Virus record (IMG/VR): IMGVR_UViG_3300025128_000015 | Location: 32,001-96,000 of that record | Source: a virus | Strand: one strand, 5' to 3' | DNA: 64,000 bases | Part shown: in pieces, positions 19,223 to 28,891 of the stretch | Layout: each line of letters starts with the position of its first letter | How positions within the stretch are numbered: position 1 is the stretch's first letter | The notes under the pieces: generated by a model | What the model was told of the DNA's origin: nothing | What the model saw: the letters and a program-made list of their open reading frames with translations, nothing else | Database searches by the model: none | Program-made: the position numbers and the translations under genes

Positions 19223-19567
19223 ATGTCATTTATCAAAAGAGATCTCAACAGAAGCATAATTGTCAACGATAAAAGGTTTTATAAGTCTTTTTTTATAAAA
19301 AGAGATATAAATGGTGTTGAACAATATGACACACCTGTTTTATACTATCCTGAACAAGAGGAGATAAATGATTTTGAAATCGAACGTGTTGTATGGAAAG
19401 TTGGCGATAGATTCTCAAAATTGGCTCACGAGCACTATGGAAATGCAAAAATGTGGTGGGTCATCGCCTGGTATAACAAAAAACCAACAGACTCAGACGT
19501 TGAATATGGAGAGGTTATTGAAGTCCCTTTTCCTCTTCGCGACGTTCTCTCCGCTTTCGGCTACTAA
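19223..19567 (+). CDS. LysM-like baseplate protein (gp53 / tail X-like)
   Basis: VWKVGDRFSKLAHEHYGNAKMWWVIAWYN...GEVIEVP LysM-type pattern. Confidence 0.75.
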   Translation: MSFIKRDLNRSIIVNDKRFYKSFFIKRDINGVEQYDTPVLYYPEQEEINDFEIERVVWKVGDRFSKLAHEHYGNAKMWWVIAWYNKKPTDSDVEYGEVIEVPFPLRDVLSAFGY

Positions 19568-19583
19568 AAAGATGATATAGATT

Positions 19584-22500
19584 ATGTCGAGTTTAAATTT
19601 TACAAACATTATTGATAAGATCAAGTCTGACCCAGTAGTCGGAGATTGCGCCACAAAATTGAGCGCACAGCAGCTTTTAGAGGCAGAAAACGGCGCCCAC
19701 CTTGAAACATTGGCAGCGATTAGTTCGAAAATGGGTCATTATTTTCGCCTATTTAAAGTTTTTAAAAGGGGAAGATCTGCAATCTTGAAAAAAATAAAAG
19801 CCGATGAAGAAATCACACTTGAGGGGCTCGTAGGATTAGGTTTTCGTGCAGGCGGGGAATTTAATGCAAAGCATTTCAAAGATGGCAAATATGAGCAGGT
19901 AACAAGTCAAGAACTGCTTAAAAGCTTTGGTGAAGATATAAATGACAGAGCAGACTTGGCAAAGAATGTTTCTTTTGGCGAGATTATCGAGAAGCTTAAT
20001 GACTATGCCTATTTGGGAGCCAGAATCCTTGGGGCTCATCAAAATCTCCAACAAAGGGTCGAGCCCGGAGGCACTGATTTGAGAAAATCCGCCTCTATTA
20101 TTGGCATGCCCACCCTCTATAGAGGCCCAGCTTCTAGGCCGACGGATGAAGATAAAAAAGTCTTAAAAGGTATAAAAAAACTTATAAATGAGCGAAATAG
20201 CACCGTGGTGGGACAACTAGCAGTTGATAATAATAGCGAAACAAAAATAAGACAGGACAAATTTAAATTTGCTTTGTTCAAAAGTATACAAGATTTATTG
20301 GAGTCCAATATCGGTAAAATGTTTCTTTTCTATACAAATCCAAATCAGACTGCTCCACTTTCGGCAGGAACAAGCCTATTTGAAAGCATACACGCCCCTC
20401 TTTATTTATCTCCCTCTAGAGGAAAAGTAACATCGGAAGATGTTTCAGCAAAAACAAAAGCTTTTATCAAAGAAATACTTAACGTAAAATTAGTTGTATC
20501 TGATAAGAAGGTAGAAAAAACTTATAAAGAATTATTTCAAGAAAGATTTCTCGTAAGATGTAGAGCTTTCATATCCGGAGATGTTGAGACCACTGAAGAT
20601 AAGTTTCCTCAAATTAATAGTGAACTTGAACTTAAGAGAAAGAGACTCCAGAATGTAAGATGCGTCCTGCCCTTGTTTGAAGATTTATATTCTTCAAGTA
20701 ACATTGCGACTTTTACTGACAGCGGAATGACAGGTGTTTATTCAAAGAACTATAAACACACACTAAACTCATTAGGACTCAAATCAGCTAGTTCTAAGAA
20801 AAAGTTTTTCACTAGCCAACATCATCCATTGATTTTTGCCTATACGAAAGATTCTCATTTTTTTGTTAATAAATTGTTTAATAAAGGTGATTCAAGATCA
20901 ACTTTGAAGTCGTTTTTAGAAGCTACAAATACTGATATTTCTTTTTTGCAGCCAAGAATTAGAGTCTATAAAGTTTTTGAAACACAAGAAGGCAAAGAGC
21001 AAGAAATACCGATAGAGTTTTCAAATAAAATTGAGCTTACCAAGTCTTCTGGTGTGTATGAGCGAGAAAATGCCGGCATCGAACGAGTTAGAATAAGAAG
21101 AACTGGACAAACACCCGCAACCTTTGATAAATTAATTGACGTCAATATTCGTCTTATTTTTGACAGCATTAATGCTTTTACAAAGTGTAGGACGACTTCT
21201 ATTGGCAAGAAAAAGTATTCATATGTTGATCTTTTGAGAAGACCAGTAGAACTAAAACAAACAGACAAGCAAATTGGTGATGTAAAAAGAGGAGCTTCAG
21301 AGTTAGAAAGATTTGGATCGAAAGAGTTAGAAAAGTTTATTGATAAGGCTCAAGAAATAAACATTGATAGTTATAGTCCAGACAAGTTTCAAATTAAACT
21401 AGAAGTGGGCTGGTCTTTTAATGATCAAGTATTCCAAAATCAGACTGCAGCGTCTAAGCGTGCACGCCTCGAAAAATTTATTTCAGAAACAAATTTGGTT
21501 ATGTATTTAACACTTCAGACACACGATTTTACGTTCAGAAACGATGGCACAGTTAGTTTAGATGTTAGGTACATGGGACGTGCAGGTGGCCAACTTATCG
21601 ACGCATTTCAGACAAATATTTTTCATACTCCCAACCTTGGACGACTTAGCAAAGCGGTCACTGTCGTTGATGATATATTGAGATTCTCTGCAGATAACAA
21701 AGATTTTTCTGTAAATCGGAATGTTATGCAGCAGAGAAAAAACCAATTAGTACATAAACTGAATACTGAAAGATCTAATTTAACTAGTCAAGTATGGAAG
21801 CGCTTGGTTGATGCATCTGTAGACCCAAATAATTCTAATGGAAGCACGCTTCTATCTTCAGCTTCAGGCAACGAAGCCCCTACTCATTTTTTAAGACTAA
21901 ATGTGCCTAAATCTTTTTTATTTTTTGACGCTGAATTTTTTACGAAGCTCGGGGTAAAAACTGATGAATCAACCACTGATAAACTCAAGGAGACTGCCAG
22001 CAGCCGCGTAACAAACACTGATCTCCTTCTTAGTTATTATAGAAATAAATTCCTAGAAGGGTCCGCCTCTGAGACCGATAATTTAAAGCTTGAAGTTGTA
22101 GCAAAAAAAGACAGCCCAACCAGCGCTGAAGGTACAAACAAAAACTTAAAAGGAGAAGATGCAATTAAGGATCCAGACCTTGCGCAAGATCCATTAAGGC
22201 CAGAAGATTTTGAAGAACAACTAGATGATGGCACCTTCGACTCACAAGTTTTTAAAAATACTTATTTAACAATTCCAGGTGGAGGCGATAAAAAAACAAG
22301 TATGTATTGTCTTAGGTATGGATCCGTTGTGCATTCCGCAATACAAAACATTTGGCAGTTTAACCCAGAAGGGCTAAAAGATATTGTCGTTATATTGGCT
22401 TCCTCACGATTTGAATCAATATCTGGGGGGGTTCGACATTTTAATTTTGCTGATATTCCAATTTTGTTTGAGGATTGGAAAAGGTTTATGATCGACAAAG

Positions 22501-23297
22501 TTGTTAATAAAAAGAAGGTCAATTATGCGCTCATTGATTTTATAAGAGATTCGATGATGGAGCTTTTAATCCCAGCAATGGGTGCAATTAATACAGGTTG
22601 CAAAGACGGCACGCAGATCGCTTCTCCTCTTAAAGCAGTAAAGCCTCGACTAACTTCTTTTAGTGCTCGTCGCCAACAAGGTTTAAGTCCCAATGATGGC
22701 AGTATATCTGTTAGTTTAGATAAAAAAGAGGCTGCTTTATTGGTTGGTAATAAACTGATAGGTAATGAAAATATTGTCGACGGTAAAGAACATTTGAAAC
22801 ATTTTTTGGTTATTTATGATGCCGGCTTTTCGACAGCAGCTAGCTTGGAAAAAGGGAGAAAGCCAAAGCTTTATGATACAAACCTTAAGCATAATATTCC
22901 TCATGTTTTTATCGGTGCCAACAGAGGAATTATGAGATCAGTCAGCTTTAGAAAAAGCACTGTTCCATTTTTGCAGGAATCTAAGGTGCTTGACAGGGGT
23001 GACACTGATTTCGGACTCTTGAGAGAAAAATACGATGTTACTCTAGAAACTGTAGGTAATCCTCACTTTCACCAAGGAATGAGATTCTATTTAGATCCAA
23101 CATTTACTGGTATGTCTAGCCACAACATCGACGTCGTTCAAGGAGTCTTAGGTTTAGGCGGATATTATGATATTGTAGATGTAACATCTGATATAAGCAA
23201 TTCCGGATTCAAAACCAGCATTGTTGGCTCTTGGCAGGCTTTTCATGAGGGCTATGATTCCAAAAAACGCCATGTTGACCCCTGTAAGGACAAATAA
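19584..23297 (+). CDS. Large baseplate hub protein (gp27 / gpD-like C-terminus)
   Basis: 1237 aa; C-terminal YDVTLETVGNPHFHQGMRFYLD...LGLGGYYDIVDVTSDISNSGFKTSIVG is typical of hub proteins. Confidence 0.6.
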   Translation: MSSLNFTNIIDKIKSDPVVGDCATKLSAQQLLEAENGAHLETLAAISSKMGHYFRLFKVFKRGRSAILKKIKADEEITLEGLVGLGFRAGGEFNAKHFKDGKYEQVTSQELLKSFGEDINDRADLAKNVSFGEIIEKLNDYAYLGARILGAHQNLQQRVEPGGTDLRKSASIIGMPTLYRGPASRPTDEDKKVLKGIKKLINERNSTVVGQLAVDNNSETKIRQDKFKFALFKSIQDLLESNIGKMFLFYTNPNQTAPLSAGTSLFESIHAPLYLSPSRGKVTSEDVSAKTKAFIKEILNVKLVVSDKKVEKTYKELFQERFLVRCRAFISGDVETTEDKFPQINSELELKRKRLQNVRCVLPLFEDLYSSSNIATFTDSGMTGVYSKNYKHTLNSLGLKSASSKKKFFTSQHHPLIFAYTKDSHFFVNKLFNKGDSRSTLKSFLEATNTDISFLQPRIRVYKVFETQEGKEQEIPIEFSNKIELTKSSGVYERENAGIERVRIRRTGQTPATFDKLIDVNIRLIFDSINAFTKCRTTSIGKKKYSYVDLLRRPVELKQTDKQIGDVKRGASELERFGSKELEKFIDKAQEINIDSYSPDKFQIKLEVGWSFNDQVFQNQTAASKRARLEKFISETNLVMYLTLQTHDFTFRNDGTVSLDVRYMGRAGGQLIDAFQTNIFHTPNLGRLSKAVTVVDDILRFSADNKDFSVNRNVMQQRKNQLVHKLNTERSNLTSQVWKRLVDASVDPNNSNGSTLLSSASGNEAPTHFLRLNVPKSFLFFDAEFFTKLGVKTDESTTDKLKETASSRVTNTDLLLSYYRNKFLEGSASETDNLKLEVVAKKDSPTSAEGTNKNLKGEDAIKDPDLAQDPLRPEDFEEQLDDGTFDSQVFKNTYLTIPGGGDKKTSMYCLRYGSVVHSAIQNIWQFNPEGLKDIVVILASSRFESISGGVRHFNFADIPILFEDWKRFMIDKVVNKKKVNYALIDFIRDSMMELLIPAMGAINTGCKDGTQIASPLKAVKPRLTSFSARRQQGLSPNDGSISVSLDKKEAALLVGNKLIGNENIVDGKEHLKHFLVIYDAGFSTAASLEKGRKPKLYDTNLKHNIPHVFIGANRGIMRSVSFRKSTVPFLQESKVLDRGDTDFGLLREKYDVTLETVGNPHFHQGMRFYLDPTFTGMSSHNIDVVQGVLGLGGYYDIVDVTSDISNSGFKTSIVGSWQAFHEGYDSKKRHVDPCKDK

Positions 23298-23333
23298 ATG
23301 CCTTGTTTTTCAACAATAAACAATAATTAAAGT

Positions 23334-24809
23334 ATGGCCAATACGATAAAAATATTTAATGCGGCACAAGCAGAAGAGATTGAAAGATATATAGCTCCTG
23401 CCACTCAGAACGCCAGCCTGTATGTGCAAAATATAATTGATTTTTCTCAAATGAATCATTATGGGCTCGTTGATCCTTCTGGACAAACAATAATGCCAAA
23501 GATTTCAAACGACACTTTGTTATCTTTAGAAAACGCGCAGACATACGGAATAAGTTCCGTTGGCGGATCTGCTCAGGTTTTAGATTTCGTTGCCGATGCA
23601 TTCACAGATATGTCAAGTTATTTACAATCGGTTAGATTCCGCGCAGGAGAGTATTCACCAAAAACTTACACAAACAAAGCCGGCCAAACCACAGAAACAT
23701 TCATACAAAGTTTGGTTCCCGCAAGCGGATATGTAAATCCTGTTTCGCTGCACAAAGAGCATGTTAATATTATCTATGACCATTTTATAAGATCGTATCT
23801 AGAGCAAAACAATCGTCACAAGAGCATAAACAATCATCGTGATTTTATAAAAATGTTTGTGAATTATGTTTTTAGCGACTTGTATACAGATATTGCCAAT
23901 ATAAACCTTTCTTCTCACATAAGAAGATCTCTCATTCCGATTGAGTGTAACGGTATTACAATTAAGCTGTCATCAATAGACACTAATGATCAAGCTGAAA
24001 TAGATGAGATATACTATGGAGATCCTAATTTTAACTTATATGCCTCTACTGTGCACAAGTTCGGATTTTATATTGATGAAAAGAGACCTTTTATGCTTGT
24101 GGCCAATCTACGCTCTAAGAAAATGAATGAATATGCTCAAAATAGAGGATCCTTCTTGGTAAATTCGACACCAGATTCAGGATATACTTCTGCTGGTGGA
24201 TTAGGGCATGTGCATGAATACGAGATAGACGCAAATGGAAATGGTAAAACAGGATATACCTCTGCTGGTCCTTATCACGAACACGTTATTGAAAGTTATT
24301 GTGTTAAACACGCGCAAATCGGAGCATCTCACAAGCACGAATTGCCAAGACAGGACGTGTTCACTAAGTATTATGTCCGGGCTCAAGAAAATGAACTCGA
24401 TCGACTCAAATCACTTCTTTTTAGAATGTACGATAGCTATATTAAGCAGAGTCCACAAAATATAGTCAATACTTTTCCTAAAGGAGCCCTCGTAAAGAAG
24501 GCGAGAATAAGAAAACCAGTAACCGAGAAAGATTTTGCTTTATCCATGTCAAATCAAAAATGGATTCGTCTGTATTTTGACCTTAAGATCAATGAAGAGA
24601 GAGTTATCTTAAAAAGAAGCAAGTATTTAAATATTGTCCGAAAAGCTCAAGAAATGTTGAAAGTCGCCACTGTACAAGAAGCGGTCGAGTATATCAATAA
24701 AGAAATCTATAAAAGGGTTCAAACTCTTGTGCAGGGTCCAAATGTAAACAGTAGCTACCATAATCTCCCTGGTAGCAATACTTTAAAGAAACTGTCTGAG
24801 TATTTTTAA
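23334..24809 (+). CDS. Hypothetical protein with an internal His-rich (HxH) module
   Basis: 491 aa; GHVHEYEIDANGNGKT...YHEHVI...HKHEL. Confidence 0.6.
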   Translation: MANTIKIFNAAQAEEIERYIAPATQNASLYVQNIIDFSQMNHYGLVDPSGQTIMPKISNDTLLSLENAQTYGISSVGGSAQVLDFVADAFTDMSSYLQSVRFRAGEYSPKTYTNKAGQTTETFIQSLVPASGYVNPVSLHKEHVNIIYDHFIRSYLEQNNRHKSINNHRDFIKMFVNYVFSDLYTDIANINLSSHIRRSLIPIECNGITIKLSSIDTNDQAEIDEIYYGDPNFNLYASTVHKFGFYIDEKRPFMLVANLRSKKMNEYAQNRGSFLVNSTPDSGYTSAGGLGHVHEYEIDANGNGKTGYTSAGPYHEHVIESYCVKHAQIGASHKHELPRQDVFTKYYVRAQENELDRLKSLLFRMYDSYIKQSPQNIVNTFPKGALVKKARIRKPVTEKDFALSMSNQKWIRLYFDLKINEERVILKRSKYLNIVRKAQEMLKVATVQEAVEYINKEIYKRVQTLVQGPNVNSSYHNLPGSNTLKKLSEYF

Positions 24810-24837
24810 TTGTCTTTTGACAATGTGTGATTATCTT
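24810..24837 (+). promoter_or_regulatory. Sigma70-like promoter TTGTCT-N16-TATCTT
   Basis: At the start of the replication module. Confidence 0.5.
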
Positions 24838-24854
24838 ACTTGAAGAGGTTTGTT

Positions 24855-26048
24855 TTGTATTTTCAGATTATTGATGATAAGACAGAATGCATTGGAATAT
24901 ATGCAAATGAAAAAATCTATTATGATGAAGTTCCATCATCGATCGCAGCAACCTGGAAATACGCGCCAATCCTCCGTGATCGTAATGATATAAAATACGC
25001 TAGCTTATATTGCGGAGATCACGACTTAACTCGTTCTTGCCCAGAACACTTGGAAAAGAGGCTAAGCAACATTTTAGATAGATTCCGAGCTTATCTGACA
25101 TCGTTCAAAGAAGCAAAGATATCTTTATATGATAACTGTTTTTATGATTTAGTTCCAGAGCGTTTTGTGTTAGAATATTGCGATGTTAAAAACGAGATTA
25201 CAAAACACATACTAGAAAACAACGACAAACCAAAAAACTACAATTTTCTCGTCTCACTCAGCAAAGTTTTGGAGGACATAAAATATTTGCCTTTAAATTT
25301 AGACTTTGCTGATTTTAACTTTGGATCAACAAGAGGTAGAATGTTCCACAAGAAGATCAAGCAAAAAGGACCAAACATTGTATATGATCTATTTGGTTCG
25401 AAGACTGGCCGCTTGACAACAAAGAAGAACAGCTTTCCAATACTGACTATGGACAAGAAATACAGAAGCATTATCAAACCAAAAAACGACTGTTTCTTAG
25501 AGCTTGATTTCAATTCAGCCGAGATCAGGACTTTTTTAGCCCTACAGGGACTTGAGCAGCCAAAACAAGATATCCATGCGTGGACAGGCAAAAATGTCTT
25601 TAAGGGGCAATTAACAAGGGATGAGGTGAAGAAAAAGTTCTTTGCATGGCTATATAATCCAGAAGCAAAAAATGATAAACTTGAAAGCATCTTCGACAAG
25701 AACAAGATTCTAGAGAAATATTGGAACGGATATAATGTCGAAACACCCTATAATAGAAAAATGGAAGCAGGAAAGAAGCACGCATTGAATTACTTAATTC
25801 AGAGTACAACCAGTGACTTGTTTTTACGACGAATGATCGACGTATGGCATCTTCTAAAAAATAGAACATCTCATGTGTCTTTCTGTATTCATGATTCTTT
25901 GGTGATAGACTTTTCTGTCGAAGATCGATCGCTCTTACAAGAAATTGTAGACAAGTTTTCAAATACAGAATTAGGATTCTTTAAGATCAACCTAAGTGCT
26001 GGCAAGAATTATGGTGAAATGAGGAAATTAGAATGGAAACAATCATAG
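24855..26048 (+). CDS. Minimal family-A DNA polymerase (polymerase domain only; ORF track start 24840, TTG 24855 fits the SD)
   Basis: KTGRLT, motif A LDFNSAEIR, motif B-like RDEVKKKFFAWLY, ALNYLIQSTTSD, motif C IHDSLVID. Confidence 0.8.
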   Translation: MYFQIIDDKTECIGIYANEKIYYDEVPSSIAATWKYAPILRDRNDIKYASLYCGDHDLTRSCPEHLEKRLSNILDRFRAYLTSFKEAKISLYDNCFYDLVPERFVLEYCDVKNEITKHILENNDKPKNYNFLVSLSKVLEDIKYLPLNLDFADFNFGSTRGRMFHKKIKQKGPNIVYDLFGSKTGRLTTKKNSFPILTMDKKYRSIIKPKNDCFLELDFNSAEIRTFLALQGLEQPKQDIHAWTGKNVFKGQLTRDEVKKKFFAWLYNPEAKNDKLESIFDKNKILEKYWNGYNVETPYNRKMEAGKKHALNYLIQSTTSDLFLRRMIDVWHLLKNRTSHVSFCIHDSLVIDFSVEDRSLLQEIVDKFSNTELGFFKINLSAGKNYGEMRKLEWKQS

Positions 26049-26896
26049 GCTTAGGTTCTGCAGGGTGTAAAATAACAGAGAAGTTTGCTGAGTATCCGCA
26101 ATACGCTACATATAGAATTGATTCAGAGAAGCGACCTGGCCCAAAATTCAAACAACTCAAGAAATCTAGCTCACATGAAGAATACGAAAAGAACTGCCCT
26201 TCATTCAAGAGATTCTTTAAAGATGCGAAGCCACCGTATCTTTTTATTGTCTCAGGTGCAGGCGCGATATCTGGAGCCGCATTGAGAATCTTGGAACAAC
26301 TTAACTCTAAAGAAATATATGTCTTATATATAAGACCTGACGTATCTCTTCTTTCTGAAATGAAAAGAAAGCAAGAACGCGCTGGTTTTCACATATTACA
26401 ACAATTTGCGAGATCTGGGCTGTTGAAAAGAATCTTTCTTGTTAATAATTCCAATTTAGAGCAAATTATTCAAGACACTCCCGTGATAGGATATTACGAT
26501 AAATTAAATGAGTTGGTAGTTTCAGTAATTCATATGATTAACGTTTGCACTAATTCAGAACCAGTTTTAGAGACTTTCGATGATCCTGTTGAAGCTGCGA
26601 GGATATCAACTTTAGGAATTGTTGAGCTAGAAACTGGCCAAGAAACTTTATTTTTTGATTTAAAAATGCCTCGGGAAAAGGTATACTTCTATATGATTCA
26701 CGAAGACAAGTTGAAAAGCGACGGAGAGCTTCTGAAGAACATTACAGGACAAGTTCGTTCTCGTATGGAGGGCGGTAAAATACAAACATCTTTTGGTATA
26801 TATTCTACAGAATATCAGCAGAATTACGTTTATGTTTTAGCGCATACTTCTTTAATACAAAATGAACTTTTTTTCTTGTCTGACGAAGAATCGTGA
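26033..26896 (+). CDS. Divergent tubulin/FtsZ-family protein
   Basis: N-terminal IIGLGSAGCKI (T1-like loop); SGAGAISG at the GGGTGSG position; YVLYIRP and FLVNN strands in FtsZ order. Confidence 0.65.
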   Translation: METIIGLGSAGCKITEKFAEYPQYATYRIDSEKRPGPKFKQLKKSSSHEEYEKNCPSFKRFFKDAKPPYLFIVSGAGAISGAALRILEQLNSKEIYVLYIRPDVSLLSEMKRKQERAGFHILQQFARSGLLKRIFLVNNSNLEQIIQDTPVIGYYDKLNELVVSVIHMINVCTNSEPVLETFDDPVEAARISTLGIVELETGQETLFFDLKMPREKVYFYMIHEDKLKSDGELLKNITGQVRSRMEGGKIQTSFGIYSTEYQQNYVYVLAHTSLIQNELFFLSDEES

Positions 26897-26903
26897 TTAT
26901 ATT
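26876..26903 (+). promoter_or_regulatory. Sigma70-like promoter TTGTCT-N16-TATATT (ssb)
   Basis: Spans the end of the tubulin-like gene, upstream of SSB. Confidence 0.6.
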
Positions 26904-26923
26904 ATACAATGATAACTAAACAG

Positions 26924-26947
26924 ATACTTGGAATATTTGCCAAGTAT
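26924..26947 (+). promoter_or_regulatory. Leader hairpin upstream of the SSB ribosome-binding site
   Basis: ATACTTGG-AATATTTG-CCAAGTAT, 7 nt before AAGGAG. Confidence 0.5.
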
Positions 26948-26967
26948 ACTATACAAGGAGAAATTTT

Positions 26968-27723
26968 ATGGCTATCAATATGGATAAAATGAAAGCAAGG
27001 CGAGAAGCCTTACAAAGCCGCGGCAGCGGTGGGAGCAACAAGGAAATGTTTTGGCGTCCACAAGACGGTGAGAGTACAATTCGAATTGTTCCAAGCGAAG
27101 ACGGTGATCCGTTTAAAGATTACTGGTTTCACTACAACGTAGGTAACAATCCTGGCTTTCTGAGTCCCAAGAAAAACTTTGGTGAGGAAGATCCTTTGGA
27201 TAATTTTGTCCGCTCCCTTTTCAAAGAAGGATCCGAGGACAGTATTAAAATGGCTAAGAGTTTAATGGCTCGTCAAAGGTTTTTTGCACCGGTTCTTGTT
27301 CGAGGAGAAGAAGAAAAAGGTGTAAGAGTCTGGGGATTTGGTAAAATGGCTTACCAAGAACTTTTGAATCTTGTTTTAAATCCGGATTATGGAGACATCA
27401 CAGATGTTGACGACGGTACTGATTTGGTAATTACTTATGGAAAGCCTCCAGGGGCACAATTTCCTCAAACCACAATCACACCACGTCGCAAGTCTTCACC
27501 GCTTACAAAGACAAAGAAGCAAACAAAAGATTATCTAGAGCAGGTACCTGATGTTACTACTCTTTTTGAGAAGAAATCACCTAACCAGGTACAAGAAATG
27601 CTAGACCAATTTTTGCTTGGAGAAGAAGACGCGGAAGAAGTGTCGACAGAGACTAAGAAGTACCAGAATAAATCTGATACTCCAACGTCTGTTGATCAAG
27701 CTTTTTCTGAGTTTGGACTCTAA
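26968..27723 (+). CDS. Single-stranded DNA-binding protein (T4 gp32-like)
   Basis: FWRPQDGESTIRIVP, WFHY, RQRFFAPVLVRGEEEKGVRVWGFGK, DYGDITDVDDGTDL; acidic tail ending SEFGL. Confidence 0.85.
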   Translation: MAINMDKMKARREALQSRGSGGSNKEMFWRPQDGESTIRIVPSEDGDPFKDYWFHYNVGNNPGFLSPKKNFGEEDPLDNFVRSLFKEGSEDSIKMAKSLMARQRFFAPVLVRGEEEKGVRVWGFGKMAYQELLNLVLNPDYGDITDVDDGTDLVITYGKPPGAQFPQTTITPRRKSSPLTKTKKQTKDYLEQVPDVTTLFEKKSPNQVQEMLDQFLLGEEDAEEVSTETKKYQNKSDTPTSVDQAFSEFGL

Positions 27724-27741
27724 TAAGAGCAAGCATGTTTT

Positions 27742-27777
27742 TAGACTCTTCATGTTAACAAAAAGAGTCTATTTTTT
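27742..27777 (+). terminator. Intrinsic terminator after ssb
   Basis: TAGACTCTT...AAGAGTCTA followed by TTTTTT. Confidence 0.65.
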
Positions 27778-27793
27778 ATAAACCTCATCTCGA

Positions 27794-27821
27794 TTGCCAC
27801 CGGCGCTTGAGATGCTATAAC
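27794..27821 (+). promoter_or_regulatory. Sigma70-like promoter TTGCCA-N16-TATAAC
   Basis: Upstream of AAGGAG SD and ATG 27848. Confidence 0.55.
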
Positions 27822-27847
27822 ATGCCGACTGGCAAAAGGAGAAAAAA

Positions 27848-28891
27848 ATGGTTTTACAAAAAGTACAAAATAATAGCGATATTAAGCCTGGGTTTAACGG
27901 GCAAGGCTATATCAATTTAAAAGATTATGATAAATTAAAGCCCATAGCTTTTAAACAAGCAGAATATTCACATCATGTCTTTGTTGATCTCAATGACATT
28001 GATACCGAAGATTCTCAATTCTGGAACATGGGTATTCGAGGAGAGGGTACTGATGAAGACGAAAGGATTGAGTCTTTCAGGGTTTCTTTTGGCCGCCATG
28101 GATGGATGACCTCATTCTGGTCACCTAGTATGGATGTTGAAGGAAATTGGCTAGGAGGACGTGGAAGGCTCCGTGCAGCAAAGAAGAACGGGGAAAGATG
28201 GGTACCCGTCGCCGTATATCGTAGAGCTGACATGTCAAAAAGAAACACTATTACAAACGGATTAATCGAGAATAAACACTTACCCCAATACGCCTCTACA
28301 TTTAAAGATTATATTGGCGCCGGCGTAGGACTCATAGCTGCCGGAGAGCTAAAAGCTGATGAAAAGTCCGTCCAGGTCTGGCTAAGAGAGGATGTTGGGA
28401 TCGATGATATATATGACAACTCTCGTGGCGGCGCCGTAACTCAGCTGGTCAAAAAAATCCTTGCAAAAGCAGCAGAGGATAAGTCTCTTGTCAGGGTACA
28501 ATCAGACAAGGCATGGAAAGACTGGATCGAATCTAAATTGGATCTGAAGAAGAACGAGTATGTGTTAATGAATACGAAAGACAACACTCGCTCTGTGAGG
28601 CTTTGGTGCAATCAGATATTGCCGGCAGTCGCAAATAAAAAAGATCCTGTCAATATTATTTTTTACGCTTCTGATTATAGTCCAAAAGAGTTGAGGAAGA
28701 ACTTAAAAGATAGAATTACCGAGCTTGATACGTTCTATAAGCAGTCCTATCAGCTTGTCAATAGTGGTATCACAGGCATTAATATTGATACGCCAGAAAA
28801 CAAGCACTATAAGATTCTAGGCGCCCTCCCTCAGATTGAAAAAGATCATGACATAGAAGGTAATCGTCTAGTAAAGATCGAGGAATATTAA
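27848..28891 (+). CDS. ParB/Srx-like domain protein
   Basis: NWLGGRGRLRAAKKNGERWVPVAVY resembles the ParB/Srx DGxxRxxAxxxxGxxxVPVxV motif. Confidence 0.5.
   Translation: MVLQKVQNNSDIKPGFNGQGYINLKDYDKLKPIAFKQAEYSHHVFVDLNDIDTEDSQFWNMGIRGEGTDEDERIESFRVSFGRHGWMTSFWSPSMDVEGNWLGGRGRLRAAKKNGERWVPVAVYRRADMSKRNTITNGLIENKHLPQYASTFKDYIGAGVGLIAAGELKADEKSVQVWLREDVGIDDIYDNSRGGAVTQLVKKILAKAAEDKSLVRVQSDKAWKDWIESKLDLKKNEYVLMNTKDNTRSVRLWCNQILPAVANKKDPVNIIFYASDYSPKELRKNLKDRITELDTFYKQSYQLVNSGITGINIDTPENKHYKILGALPQIEKDHDIEGNRLVKIEEY

Noticed and set aside
26033-26896. Calling this a nucleus-forming (PhiKZ-like) jumbo phage because of the tubulin-like gene
   Set aside because: No chimallin-like or multisubunit RNAP genes were recognised, and the structural genes are T4-like; the rest of the genome is not visible
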